The notes under the pieces: generated by a model
What the model was told of the DNA's origin: nothing
The model's input: the letters and a program-made list of their open reading frames with translations, nothing else
The model's database searches: none
Translations under genes and position numbers: made by a program
Source of the DNA: Macrostomum lignano
Taxonomy: Eukaryota
Reading direction: 5' to 3'
DNA length: 64,000 nucleotides
NCBI GenBank assembly: GCA_002269645.1
Contig: NIVC01000633.1
Coordinates: forward strand, 310,001-374,000
Shown here: positions 36,201 through 48,646 of the stretch, piece by piece
Layout of the letters: every line of letters starts with the position of its first letter
How positions within the stretch are numbered: position 1 is the first letter of the stretch

Positions 36201-39200
36201 CACCTGTGTAATCTGATATGGTAATGCCACCTGTGTAATCTGATATGGTAATGCCACCTGTGTAATCTGATATGGTAATGCCACCTGTGTAATCTGATAT
36301 GGTAATGCCACCTGTGTAATCTGATATGGTAATGCCACCTGTGTAATCTGATATGGTAATGCCACCTGTGTAATCTGATATGGGAATGCCACCTGTGTAA
36401 TCTAATATGGTAATGCCACCTGTGTAATCTGATATGGGAATGACACCTGTGTAATCTGATATGGTAATGCCACCTGTGTAATCTGATTGGTAATGCCACC
36501 TGTGTAATCTGATATGGTAATGCCACCTGTGTAATCTGATATGGTAATGCCACCTGTGTAATCTGATATGGTAATGACACCTGTGTAATCTGATATGGGA
36601 ATGACACCTGCGTAATCTGATATGGTAATGACACCTGTGTAATCTAATATGGTAATGCCACCTGTGTAATCTGATATGGTAATGCCACCTGTGTAATCTG
36701 ATATGGTAATGACACCTGCGTAATCTGATATGGTAATGAAACCTGTGCAATCTGATATGGTAATGACACCTGTGTAATCTGATATGGTAATGCCACCTGT
36801 GTAATCTGATATGGTAATGACACCTGTGTAATCTGATATGGTAATGACACCTGTGTAATCTGATATGGGAATGCCACCTGTGTAATCTGATATGGTAATG
36901 CCACCTGTGTAATCTGATATGGTAATGCCACCTGTGTAATCTGATATGGTAATGCCACCTGTGTAATCTGATATGGTAATGCCACCTGTGTAATCTGATA
37001 TGGTAATGCCACCTGTGTAATCTGATATGGTAATGCCACCTGTGTAATCTGATATGGTAATGCCACCTGTGTAATCTGATATGGTAATGCCACCTGTGTA
37101 ATCTGATATGGTAATGCCACCTGTGTAATCTGATATGGTAATGACACCTGTGTAATCTAATATGGGAATGCCACCTGTGTAATCTGATATGGTAATGACA
37201 CCTGTGTAATCTGATATGGTAATGACACCTGTGTAATCTGATATGGTAATGCCACCTGTGTAATCTGATATGGTAATGACACCTGTGCAATCTGATATGG
37301 TAATGACACCTGTGTAATCTGATATGGGAATCTAATATAGTAGAAAAATCCTGTTTTAAGATTTATTTTTTAATCGGTCTAGTCTGCCTAATCCTTTATT
37401 GATAAATTTGGCAATAAGAAAACCGCATTGCACTACTCGCAGTAGTGCAAGCAGCACATTCGCTGTATTTCAAAATTTCATAATTTTACTTGGCGCAGGT
37501 GACCTGCCACTGCGGCAAGTCAGAGGCCACGCAGCGCCCTTGCGCCGATTACCACCGCCGGGGCGGCGCCACCTTCGCCTGCCAGCGCGTCTGCGGCCGC
37601 CAGCTGGGCTGCGGCCTGCACACCTGCCAGCTCACCTGCCATCCTGGTGCCTGCACCGCCTGTCCCAGATCGCCGGAACTGGCCGGAACCTGCCCTTGCG
37701 GCCGGGCCACCCTCATGAGCCTCACCGGCTTGGCGGACGGTGGCCGGAAACTGTGCACCGACCCGCTGCCCGCCTGCGAGGCCACCTGCGGCCGCGTGCT
37801 GCACTGCGACCCGCAGCACTCCTGTCTGGCCACCTGCCACGATGGCGACTGCCCGACATGCCAGCTCAGCACCTCCGTCACCTGCCGCTGCGGCCGCTTA
37901 ACCAAGGAGGTGCCGTGCGTTGAGGCCACCACCAAGTATAGAGGGCCGCACGCTGACACCCTGCTGTGCCAGCGGCGGTGCAAAAAGATGCGGCTATGTG
38001 GGGTTCACAGGTGAGCGGGTGGGGTGACTGGGTCTTGGGGCGAGTTTGTCGGTTGCTGGGGTCATTGGAGTGAGTGTGTCGGTGGCTGGGGTCATTGGAG
38101 TGAGTGTGTCGGTGGCTTGGGTCATTGGAGTGAGTGTGTCGGTGGCTTGGGTCATTGGAGTGAGTGTGTCGGTGGCTGGGGTCTTTGGAGTGAGTGTGTC
38201 GGTGGCTTGGGTCATTGGAGTGAGTGTGTCGGTGGCTGGGGTCATTGGAGTGAGTGTGTCGGTGCCTAGGGTCATTGGAGTGAGTGCGTCGGTGGCTGGG
38301 GTCATTGGAGTGAGTGTGTCGGTGGCTAGGGTCATTGGGGTGAGTTTGTGGGTTACTGGGGTCATTGGGATGAATTTGTGGGTTACTGGGGTCATAGGGA
38401 TGAATTTGTGGGTGACAGGTCATTGGGGTGAGTTTAGAGTAAATGGGGTCATTGGGAGTGAGTTTGTGGGTGGCTGGGGTCATTGGAGTGAGTTTGTGGG
38501 TGGCTGGGGTCATTGGGTGAGTTTTGAGTAGATAGGGTCGTTGGGGTGAGTTTGGAGTAGATAGGGTCATTGGGATGCATTTAGAGTAGATGGCGTCATT
38601 GGGGTCAGTTTGGAGTAGATGGCGTCATTGGAGTGAGTTTGAAGTAGATGGGGCCATGGGGGTGAGTTTGGACTAGATGGGGTCATTGAGGCGAATTAGA
38701 ATGGCTGGGGTCATTTTTCGCGGCAGGGGTACCTCTGAGTCGTCTAGCGTCACTTCTTTCCTATTTTAACCTTGGTTACCTGCAACCAGCGACTCTGGGA
38801 GGACACATCTAGGCCTACGTGCCGTTTTTATCGGGCGGTCATTAAGGATGATTCCTGGGAAGCACAGGTAAAAGAGACCGATTCCTGGGGGGGGTGCACA
38901 GGTGATAGAGACCGATTCCTGGGGATGCACAGGTGATAGAGACCGATTCCTGGGGATGCACAGGTGATAGAGACCGATTCCTGGGGATGCACAGGTGATA
39001 GAGACCGATTCCTGGAGGGTGCACAGGTGATAGAGACCGATTCCTGGGGATGCACAGGTGATAGAGACCGATTCCTGGGGGGTGCACAGGTGATAGAGAC
39101 CGATTCCTGGGGGATGCACAGGTGATGGAGAGCAACGACAGATAGACCATCCACCTGCCCCCTCCCCCACCCCACAGATGCGGCGAGCTCTGCTGCATCC

Positions 39201-42163
39201 AGCAGGACCATCCGTGTCCGCAGACCTGCTCAAAGCCGCTGCCATGCGGACTCCACCAGTGCGAGGAGCCGTGCCACCTGGGCCGCTGCCCGCCCTGCCC
39301 CCGCATCCTGCTCAGCCCAGTGTCCTGCCTGTGCGGTGCTCAGGCCATCCAGCCTCCCGTGCCCTGCGGTGCCCGGCCGCCCGACTGCGGCTTCCAGTGC
39401 CCGCTGCAGCGGCCTTGCGGCCACCCCAGTCTGCACGAGTGCCACCTGGCTGGCGAGCCCTGCCCGCCCTGCGCCTACCTGATCTCCAAGCGGTGCCAGT
39501 GCGGCCGCTCTCTGCGCCAGAACGTACCCTGCCACCAGACCGCCGTCAGCTGCGGCATCCAGTGCGGCCGCTCGCTGCCCTGCGGCCACCGCTGCGCCCT
39601 GCTGTGCCACTCCGGCGACTGCGAGGCCGCCGCCGAGAGGCAGCAGCAGCCGGCCTGCAAGCAGCCGTGCCGGCAGGCCCGTCAGGACTGCGGCCACCCC
39701 TGCATGCTGCCCTGCCACCATCCGGAGCCATGCAAGCAGCCGCCGCCATGCCAGGAGCCCGTCACGCTACGCTGTCCCTGCTCTCGCCGAATCCAGGAGG
39801 TGCCGTGCCACCTCACCGCTCAGATGGGCAATGCAGGCTTGCATCTGACGGTGGCTCTGGGCGGCGAGATGGACCTGCAGGTGAGCTGCTCTGGGGCTTG
39901 CGAGTTTCCAGGGACGCCCTTGTCTGTCAGCATTATCTCTAGTATATTTTTCCTAGGGACCCAAGTTGTCCTACTCTAGGTTGCCAAATAGTCCAAACTA
40001 TATCCCATATACCATTTTTGCAGCCCATCCCCATCAATCCCACCCCATCCCCTTCATCTCACCCCATGCCCTTCATCCCACCCCATGCCCTTCATCCCAC
40101 CCCATCCCCTTCATCCCACCCCATCAATCCCATCCCCATCATCCCACCACATCAATCCCATCCCCATCATCCCACCGCACCAATCCCATCCCCATCATCC
40201 CACCCCATCCCCTTCATCTCACACCATCCCCATCAATCCCATCCCCATCATCCCACCACACCAATCCCATCATCTCACCCCATCCCCAACATCTCAGCCC
40301 ATCTACATCAATCCCATCCACATCATCCCACCACATCAATCCCATCCCCATCATCCCACCACATCAATCCCATCCCCATCATCCCACCCCATCATCCCAC
40401 CGCACCAATCTCATCCCCATCATCCCACCACATCAATCCCATCCCCATCATCTCACCCCATCCCCATCATCTCAGCCCATCCCCATCAATCCCATCCCCA
40501 TCATCCCACCACATCAATCCCATCCCCATCATCCCACCACACCAATCCCATCCCCATCATCCCACCACACCAATCCCATCCCCATCAATCATCCCACCAC
40601 ACCAATCCCATCCCCATCATCCCACCACACCAATCCCATCCCCATCATCCCACCACACCAATCCCATCCCCATCATCCCACCACACCAATCCCATCCCCA
40701 TCATCCCACCACACCAATCCCATCCCCATCATCCCACCCCATCAATGCCATCATCATCATATCATCAACCCCACCCCATCATCCCAATCGCCCCAGCCCC
40801 ATCTAATATCTTTTACCGACACCTCCAACGCCAGGCTTATCGCGAGCTGCAGACCCGCGGCAGCCTTCAGTGCGACGCCCAGTGCCAGTTGGAGAAGCGC
40901 AACCGTCAGCTGGCCGAAGCTCTGGGCGTCGAAACCGACTCCAACGGGTCGACGGCAGCGGCAGCTGGCGGCGGCGCCGTGAACCTGGCTCCGGTGTACG
41001 CCAGGACGCTGCTGGACCTGTGGAAGGCCTATCCGTCCTTCGCCGCTATGGTGGAGTCCCGCCTTGACGAGACCTGCTCCGCGGTGGTGTCCGGCCGGAG
41101 CCAGAGCCGCAGCACCCAGTTCCAGGCGCCCAACAGGGACGGGAGAAAGTTTATCTACGAGCTGGCCGAGGTGTACGGCTGCGAGGTTCAGGTAGGGATA
41201 TGTACGGGTATTAGCAGTGCATAGGGTCAGGGGTCATCCGGACGAGGGGCCATGCCAGGGGTCGGAGAGGCGCTTTATCAGGTCTCATTGTCAGTTGTCC
41301 TGTCAGTTTATAAAGCTAGGGGGTCACGCCAGGTCGCAGAGCAGGGTGAGGTCACGCCAGGTCGCAGAGCAGGGTGAGGTCACGCCGGGTCGCAGAGCAG
41401 GGTGAGGTCACGCCGGGTCGCAGAGCAGGGTGAGGTCACGCCGGGTCGCAGAGCAGGGTGAGGTCACGCCGGGTCGCAGAGCAGGGTGAGGTCACGCCAG
41501 GTCGCAGAGCAGGGTGAGGTCACGCCGGGTCGCAGAGCAGGGTGAGGTCACGCCGGGTCGCAGAGCAGGGTGAGGTCACGCCGGGTCGCAGAGCAGGGTG
41601 AGGTCACGCCGGGTCGCAGAGCAGGGTGAGGTCACGCCGGGTCGCAGAGCAGGGTGAGGTCACGCCGGGTCGCAGAGCAGGGTGAAGTCACGCCAGGTCG
41701 CAGAGCAGGGTGAGGTCACGCCGGGTCGCAGAGCAGGGTGAGGTCACGCCAGGTCGCAGAGCAGGGTGAGGTCACGCCAGGTCAATCAGCTAAATCACTG
41801 ATCCGTTCCGCCCAGGTGACGGGCGCCGGCTCGGACGCCAGCCGGACGGTGACGGTCACGGCGAAGCGCGGCCGGGCCCGCCTGCCGGACCGGAAGCTGT
41901 CGGCCGAAGCGCAGCGCCTATTCGGCATCGGCGGCCTTCAGCAGCAGTCGGGCCAGCATCGTCTGCTGCCGCGGGCCGTCCAGTCGTGGAGCTCCGGGCT
42001 GGCAGTCACGGCCAGCAGCTCCCAGCTGACCACTCTGGGCCGGGTTGCCACCGCCTACTCCCGCCTGCCCGACCAGATGGACTCCATGGAGTTGGGCGGC
42101 AGCGGCGGGGCTGCCGGCAGCTCAGCAACTCGGATTGATTATTTTGACTTCACCGAGTCCTAG
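33084..42163 (+). CDS. NFX1: Transcriptional repressor NF-X1 / shuttle craft ortholog, about 1020 aa, exons 33084-33617, 34483-34932, 35734-35901, 37499-38010, 39178-39880, 40835-41191, 41816-42163
   Basis: PAM2 motif LNVFAEEFQP (33381-33410), RING CAICC...CYNIFHLFCIKKW...WRCPTC, multiple NF-X1 zinc fingers (C..LC..GH.C...CH.G.C), an R3H-like domain and the C-terminal IDYFD motif. GT-AG introns with consistent phases 0, 0, 0, 2, 0, 0. Start (33084 or 33111) and the exon 2 acceptor (34483, 34489 or 34492) are uncertain. Confidence 0.93.
33147..33281 (+). repeat. CAA/CAG trinucleotide tract encoding Q33-K-Q11
   Basis: 45 codons in frame with the NFX1 ORF. Confidence 0.9.
33700..34473. repeat. 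34-36-bp minisatellite (CCAAGCATCGCTGAGAATCGCCCTCCCTCCCACACT), NFX1 intron 1
   Basis: Directly visible tandem array. Confidence 0.95.
34951..35581. repeat. 21-bp minisatellite (ACTCTATAGAATCGCCCTCCC), NFX1 intron 2
   Basis: About 30 nearly perfect copies. Confidence 0.95.
35957..37332. repeat. 27-bp minisatellite (GTAATCTGATATGGTAATGCCACCTGT), NFX1 intron 3
   Basis: Directly visible tandem array. Confidence 0.95.
38055..38710. repeat. 30-bp minisatellite (GGGTCATTGGAGTGAGTGTGTCGGTGGCTG) decaying 3'-ward, NFX1 intron 4
   Basis: Directly visible tandem array. Confidence 0.9.
38870..39125. repeat. 31-32-bp minisatellite (GCACAGGTGATAGAGACCGATTCCTGGGGAT), NFX1 intron 4
   Basis: About 8 copies. 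Confidence 0.9.
40025..40800. repeat. About 28-bp C/A-rich minisatellite (CCCACCACACCAATCCCATCCCCATCAT), NFX1 intron 5
   Basis: Directly visible tandem array. Confidence 0.9.
41323..41781. repeat. 28-bp minisatellite (GGTCACGCCGGGTCGCAGAGCAGGGTGA), NFX1 intron 6
   Basis: About 16 copies. Confidence 0.95.
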
Positions 42164-42303
42164 GGCTAGCTTAGCTACTCATAGTGCTGCTGTCTAATTA
42201 CTAGCAAAACTGAATGCGCAGTCCGCTGCCGCCGTGATTTTTATTTCTTGGATTTTTTTTCCTTCATCTTCGTCTTCCAATCGACTGCAGTCTCCATCGG
42301 CTT

Positions 42304-42480
42304 CATTCTCCTCTGTTCCTGCTCTCCTTGAAGCTTTCTTTTCCATGAACACTGCGGTTCCATTCTCCTCTGTTCCTGCTCTCCTTGAATCTTTCTTTTC
42401 CATGAACACTGCGGTTCCATTCTCCTCTGTTCCTGCTCTCCTTGAAGCTTTCTTTTCCATGAACACTGCGGTTCCATTCT
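42304..42480. repeat. 57-bp tandem repeat, 3 copies
   Basis: Copies at 42304, 42361 and 42418. Confidence 0.9.
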
Positions 42481-42604
42481 CTTCCTGGTGACGGGTCTGT
42501 GGCCTTGAGGCCTGAGCATAGCTTAGCATGCGTAATGAGAAATATTGAATAGCTCAGCTTTCATTTAGACTTGCTGAGTCATTTATAGAGTATTTTTAAA
42601 GCCT

Positions 42605-43090
42605 GATTTCTTGATTCGATTGATTGATCGATTGATCCGGCCTGATTGGTTGATCCGGCCCGATTGATTGATTTATTGATTGATTGATCCAGCCCGGTTT
42701 ATTGATTGATTGATTGATCCAACCCGATTGATTGATCCGGCCCGATTGATTGATTGATCCGGCTCGGTTAATTGATTGATTGATTGATTGATCCGGCCCG
42801 ATTGATTGATTGATCCGGCTCGGTTAATTGATTGATTGATCCGGCCCGATTGATTGATTGATTGATCCGGCCTGATTGATTGATTTATTGATTGATTGAT
42901 CCGGTCCGGTTTATTGATTGATTGATTGATTGATCTAACCCAATTGATTGATTCGGCCTGATTGATTGATTGATTGATCCGGCCCTATTGATTGATTGAT
43001 TGATCGAACCCGATTGATTGATTCGGCCTGATTGATTGATTGATTGATCCGGCTCGGTTAATTGATTGATTGATTGATCCGACTCGGTTA

Positions 43091-43128
<38 letters not shown>

Positions 43129-43300
43129 CCGGCCCGATTGATTGATTGATCCGGCTCGGTTAATTGATTGATTGATTGATCCGGCTCGGTTAATTGATTG
43201 ATTGATTGATCCGGCCCGATTGATTGATTGATCCGACTCGGTTAATTGATTGATTGATTGATCCGGCCCGATTGATTGATCCGGCTCGGTTGATTGATTA
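42605..43300. repeat. (GATT)n microsatellite punctuated by CCGGCCC / CCGGCTCGGTTA
   Basis: Directly visible. Confidence 0.9.
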
Positions 43301-43899
43301 GCTGATAACTTGAACCTGCTCCCATACCATCAACACAAACTCTGTCTGCATTCGCCTAAAGCTCGCAACTGCGTTCCTTATCTGCGCCAATTAGCAATTT
43401 TTATCATTTCGTTCCTGTCGTCTTAATAATAATGCTGTTCGCAAATCTGAGAAAAATACTTTAAAATATTAGCTGGACTGTCAACTTGCTTATCTGGCAT
43501 TAATTTATTTAATCCGTGTGACGCCCGTGTCTGCAGCTGCGCCTCTTGCATAAAGTGCACAGTAAAAGTACATTTGCTACTTCTATAATTTAACTTTCGG
43601 AGGCGCCTCCCATTGTGCCCAGCTTGTCGCTCTGGGCTTCGCCGATGAAAATCCTGAGTAAATTGGCTTCTTGAGTTCTCGCGTGCTCACTGCTGCCTCG
43701 CGTGCCATTCTGAGCACTCGCCGTGCTCTCCACACTTGTACGGGCCTCAACGAGCCCCAGCCTCTGTCCATATCGTTCCCAGTCAGTCCCAGTCTCCCTG
43801 CTGAACTCTGCCATCAAATTTAATTGCCATGCTGTGGCACCCGACTTCAGGATTTGGCAGATTGTCTGAGTCCTTAATTTCAATTATCACTTATCTGTG

Positions 43900-45238
43900 G
43901 AATTACCTATCTCAATACTCCCAACCTTCATACCCCTAATCTCAAAAATCCCCTACCTTCAAAACCCTAATCTCAATACTCCCCAACTTTCATACCCCCA
44001 ATCTCAATAATCCCCAACCTTCATACCCCAATCTCAATAATCCCCAACCTTCACACCCCAATCTCAATACTCCCCAACTTTCATACCCCCAATCTCAATA
44101 CTCCCCAACTTTCATACCCCAATCTCAATACTCCCCAACTTTCATACCCCCAATCTCAATAATCCCCAACCTTCACACCCCAATCTCAATAATCCCTAAC
44201 CTTCACACCCCAATCTCAATAATCCCCAACCTTCACACCCCAATCTCAGTAATCTCCAACCTTCACAACCCCAATCTCAATAATCCCCAACCTTCACACC
44301 CCAATCTCAAAAATCCCCTACCTTCACAACCCCAATCTCGATAATCCCCTGCCTTCACAACCCCAATCTCGATAATCCACTGTCTTCAAAACCCCAATCT
44401 CAGTAATCCCTACTAATCCCCTGCCTTCACAACCCCAATCTCAATAATCCCCAACCTTCACAACCCCAATCTCAACCATCCCCTGCCTTCACAACCCCAT
44501 GTCGATAATCCCCTGTCTTCACAACCCCAATCTCGATCATCCCCTGCCTTCACAACCCCAATCTCAATAATCCCTAACTTTCACAACCCCAATCTCAATT
44601 ATCCCAAACCTTCACAACCCCAATCTCAACCATCCCCAACCTTCACAACCCCAATATCAACCATCCCCTGTCTTCACAACCCCAATCTCGATCATCCCCT
44701 GCCTTCACAACCCCAATCTCGAGCATCCCCTGCCTTCACAACCCCAATCTCGAGCATCCCCTGCCTTCACAACCCCAATATCAACCATCCCCTGTCTTTA
44801 CAACCCCAATCTCGATCATCCCCTGCCTTCACAACCCCAATCTCGATCATCCCCTGCCTTCACAACCCCAATCTCGATCATCCCCTGCCTTCACAACCCC
44901 AATCTCGAGCATCCCCTGCCTTCACAACCCTAATATCAACCATCCCCTGTCTTTACAACCCCAATCTCGAGCATCCCCTGCCTTCACAACCCCAATCTCA
45001 ATCATCCCCTGCCTTCACAACCCCAATCTCAATCATCCCCTGTCTTTACAACCCCAATCTCAATCATCCCCTGTCTTTACAACCCCAATCTCAATCATCC
45101 CCTGTCTTTACAACCCCAATCTCGATCATCCCCTGTCTTTACAACCCCAATCTCGATCATCCCCTGTCTTTACAACCCCAATCTCAATCATCCCCTGTCT
45201 TTACAACCCCAATCTCAATCATCCCCAAGCTTCACAAC
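43900..45238. repeat. 30-31-bp minisatellite (ACAACCCCAATCTCGATCATCCCCTGCCTTC)
   Basis: Directly visible. The unit drifts gradually from left to right. Confidence 0.95.
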
Positions 45239-45684
45239 CTTTTCTCTTTTCCTGCAGCTTTTATATAAAAAGAAGCCACTCCAGGCGGTCCATGGGCTTC
45301 TAAAAATGCTACATATAAAAGTCCATGGGCGGACGCAGTCTCCGCAATCGCTGCAGCAATTACTCACGGAGACCTGCTCTCCATTCAGCTGCGCCCTTCC
45401 TTCCTTCCTGAGGGTCTACCTGCCCCATTGTGTCTCCGAGCCTGCCCCAGCCTCCGCGCTTCATCTGTCTCAGCTTCGGCGAACCGAATCATCGGAGACC
45501 CGAGCTCTCCTAGGCCGGGAGTGCGCATCTAATTAACAGCCCCCCAGCCGTGTGCTGCCCCGCTGTTTCCATAAGTGCTCCCGCTTCATCAGCCTCTGCG
45601 AACCTGATGTTTGCGTGTGCGGCTTCCCCTTACCTCAGCCCGCGTGTCCCCTCTCGGGTTCCGCCTGTGCGTGTCTGAGTCATG

Positions 45685-46741
45685 CACCTGTGCCTGTTGT
45701 GTAACAGTGGGACTGTACCTGTGCCTGTTGTGTAACAGTGGGCTGGTTGTACCTGTGCCTGTTGTGTAACAGTGGGGCTGTACCTGTTGTGTAACAGTGG
45801 GACTGTACCTGTGCCTGATGTGTAACAGTGGGCTGGTTGCACCTGTGCCTGATGTGTAACAGTGGGGCTGTACCTGTTGTGTAACAGTGGGACTGTACCT
45901 GTGCCTGATGTGTAACAGTGGGGCTGTACCTGTGCCTGTTGTGTAACAGTGGGGCTGTACCTGTGCCTGTTGTGTAACAGTGGGGCTGTACCTGTGCCTG
46001 ATGTGTAACAGTGGGGCTGTACCTGTGCCTGATGTGTAGCAGTGGGACTGTACCTGTGCCTGATGTGTAACAGTGGGCCTGTGCCTGATGTGTAACAGTG
46101 GGCTGGTTGTACCTGTGCCTGATGTGTAACAGTGGGACTGTATCTGTGCCTAATGTGTAACTGGGCTGGCTGTACCTGTGCCTGATGTGTAACAGTGGGG
46201 CTGTATCTGTGCCTGATGTGTAACAGTGGGACTGTACCTGTGCCTGATGTGTAACAGTGGGACTGTACCTGTGCCTGATGTGTAACAGTGGGACTGTATC
46301 TGTGCCTGATGTGTAACAGTGGGGCTGTAACTGTGCCTGATGTGTAACAGTGGGACTGTATCTGTGCCTGATGTGTAGCAGTGGGCTGGTTGTACCTGTG
46401 CCTGATGTGTAACAGTGGGGCTGTACCTGTGCCTGTTGTGTAACAGTGGGACTGTACCTGTGCCTGATGTGTAACAGTGGGACTGTGCCTGATGTGTAAC
46501 AGTGGGCTGGCTGTACCTGTGCCTGATGTGTAACAGTGGGCTGGCTGTACCTGTGCCTGATGTGTAACAGTGGGCTGGCTGTACCTGTGCCTGATGTGTA
46601 ACAGTGGGCTGGCTGTACCTGTGCCTGATGTGTAACAGTGGGGCTGTACCTGTGCCTGATGTGTAACAGTGGGCTGGCTGTACCTGTGCCTGATGTGTAA
46701 CAGTGGGCTGGCTGTACCTATGCCTGATGTGTAACAGTGGG
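45685..46741. repeat. 31-35-bp minisatellite (GTACCTGTGCCTGATGTGTAACAGTGGGACT)
   Basis: Directly visible tandem array. Confidence 0.95.
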
Positions 46742-47123
46742 AGGCTCGTACATGTACCAATTTCAATCCAGTTTCTCCCGCTTCCCTACGTGCATGCTGT
46801 ACTCTTGTGCGGATCTATTCTGTAGCAAAAATCCGTTTTTCCCTTCTGCTATCAGCGCTGCCTCTGCTGCACCTGCCTACCGAGCGCTAAAAGCCGCTGT
46901 CAGCCCCGTCTCCCCTTCTCTTCTGTCTCCCCTCGCATTGAAAGGATTCTGGATCTTATTTGCTACATTTATTTCGAATCCGTGCCCCTGTACCTGAGCA
47001 GCTGAGGCGGCTTCGCTCCAGGCTTCATAGAATCTCTCATTTTTGATCTGATTCGGTTCGCATGAACATCGGACCTTGTCATCCGGGATGCAGTGAAGTA
47101 GGCGGCCCAATCAATGCAGCCGC

Positions 47124-47877
47124 AGTTGAGTTGAGTCTCAGTTGAAGCGCCAGTTGAGTCTCAGTTGAAGCGCCAGTTGAGCCTCAGTTGAGTCTCAGTT
47201 GAGTTTCAGTTGAAGCGCCAGTTGAGCCTCAGTTGAGTTTCAGTTAAGTCTCAGTTGAAGCGCCAGTTGAGCCTCAGTTGAGTCTCAGTTGAGTTTCAGT
47301 TAAGTCTCAGTTGAAGCGCCAGTTGAGCCTCAGTTGAGTTTCAGTTGAAGCGCCAGTTGAGCCTCAGTTGAAGCGCCAGTTGAGCCTCAGTTGAGTTTCA
47401 GTTGAGTCTCAGTTGAGTCTCAGTTGAAGCGCCAGTTGAGCCTCAGTTGAAGCGCCAGTTGAGCCTCAGTTGAAGCGCCAGTTGAGCCTCAGTTGAAGCG
47501 CCAGTTGAGTCTCAGTTGAGTCTCAGTTGAAGTGCCAGTTGAGCCTCAGTTGAAGCGCCAGTTGAGCCTCAGTTGAAGCGCCAGTTGAGCCTCAGTTGAA
47601 GCGCCAGTTGAGCCTCAGTTGAAGCGCCAGTTGAGCCTCAGTTGAAGCGCCAGTTGAGCCTCAGTTGAAGCGCCAGTTGAGCCTCAGTTGAAGCGCCAGT
47701 TGAGCCTCAGTTGAAGCGCCAGTTGAGCCTCAGTTGAAGCGCCAGTTGAGCCTCAGTTGAAGCGCCAGTTGAGCCTCAGTTGAAGCGCCAGTTGAGCCTC
47801 AGTTGAAGCGCCAGTTGAGCCTCAGTTGAAGCGCCAGTTGAGCCTCAGTTGAAGCGCCAGTTGAGCCTCAGTTGAAG
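47124..47877. repeat. 23-bp minisatellite (CAGTTGAAGCGCCAGTTGAGCCT)
   Basis: Built of 11/12-bp half units, irregular on the left and perfect on the right. Confidence 0.95.
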
Positions 47878-48646
47878 CAAAACTGACACGGAAACCATCG
47901 GGAGTTTCTTCACCATCAGAAAGCGCTCAGCCCGGCTGATTCATGGACTGGCAGCGCTGGATACCAGAGCTGTCGCGACCTGGGAGACTGTGTGGGTCCA
48001 AGAAGAGTTCTCAAGCCTTGCGCTCGAATTGAGGAACAGTACGAGTGATGAATCAAATCTTGAACTCACAAATCAGTTGAAGCATTCGGTGGGCGAGCCT
48101 GCCTCTATCTCCGCTTCGCCTACAGTGAGCCGCAAACAATCGTGTTCGTTTTAAAAAAAGTTGAAAAGTCAAGGCCCGTGTTGAAATGGCGTGGAATGAG
48201 GCTTTATAAGTTTTTGCATTGTCTGTGCTGCCCCCTGTTAAATCTGCAGTTCATGCATTTACTTGCATAAAACTTAAGTTGTCGATGCTTCACCAATAAA
48301 TATCAATATATATTAATCAATAGTGCTACTCTAACTGGCAACAACAACAAAATACACCGCGCCAGCCGCAGAGGGGGGAGGTGAACGCACGCCTTTGGGC
48401 CGCACTTCTCAAAAACTCAGCTCCTCCAGTCAGAACGGGGCTCTCGCATCCCTCGGAAGCGGCTCGGGGCAGCGCGTCGTCCGCCCTTGGCTTTGTCTCC
48501 GCGGACCCTGCGCCGTCCACATCAGCAGGTCGTGTAGCGGCTCGCGGCAGCGACTCTCCGAACTTACAAACTAAATTGAAAACACCAATTTCTCAGCTCG
48601 AACCCCAGCCCCAACTCTGGGTTCCGACGCGCCCCTTCAGTCAGCG

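Noticed and set aside
33618-41815. Five of nine coding-region introns have lengths divisible by three
   Set aside because: Close to chance expectation, and four of the five contain in-frame stops.
8421-47877. Very long ORFs inside arrays (for example 8421-9614, 18931-22675, 23101-25332, 33634-35655, 35926-37290, 45630-46766)
   Set aside because: They are translations of stop-poor repeat units, open in several frames at once, and they lie in introns defined by the flanking exons.
45257-48140. Multi-exon gene threaded through the 43.9-47.9 kb arrays (candidate donors at 45367, 45635, 46993)
   Set aside because: The splice combinations I tried hit stop codons, so no consistent coding model exists. 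A non-coding transcript remains possible.
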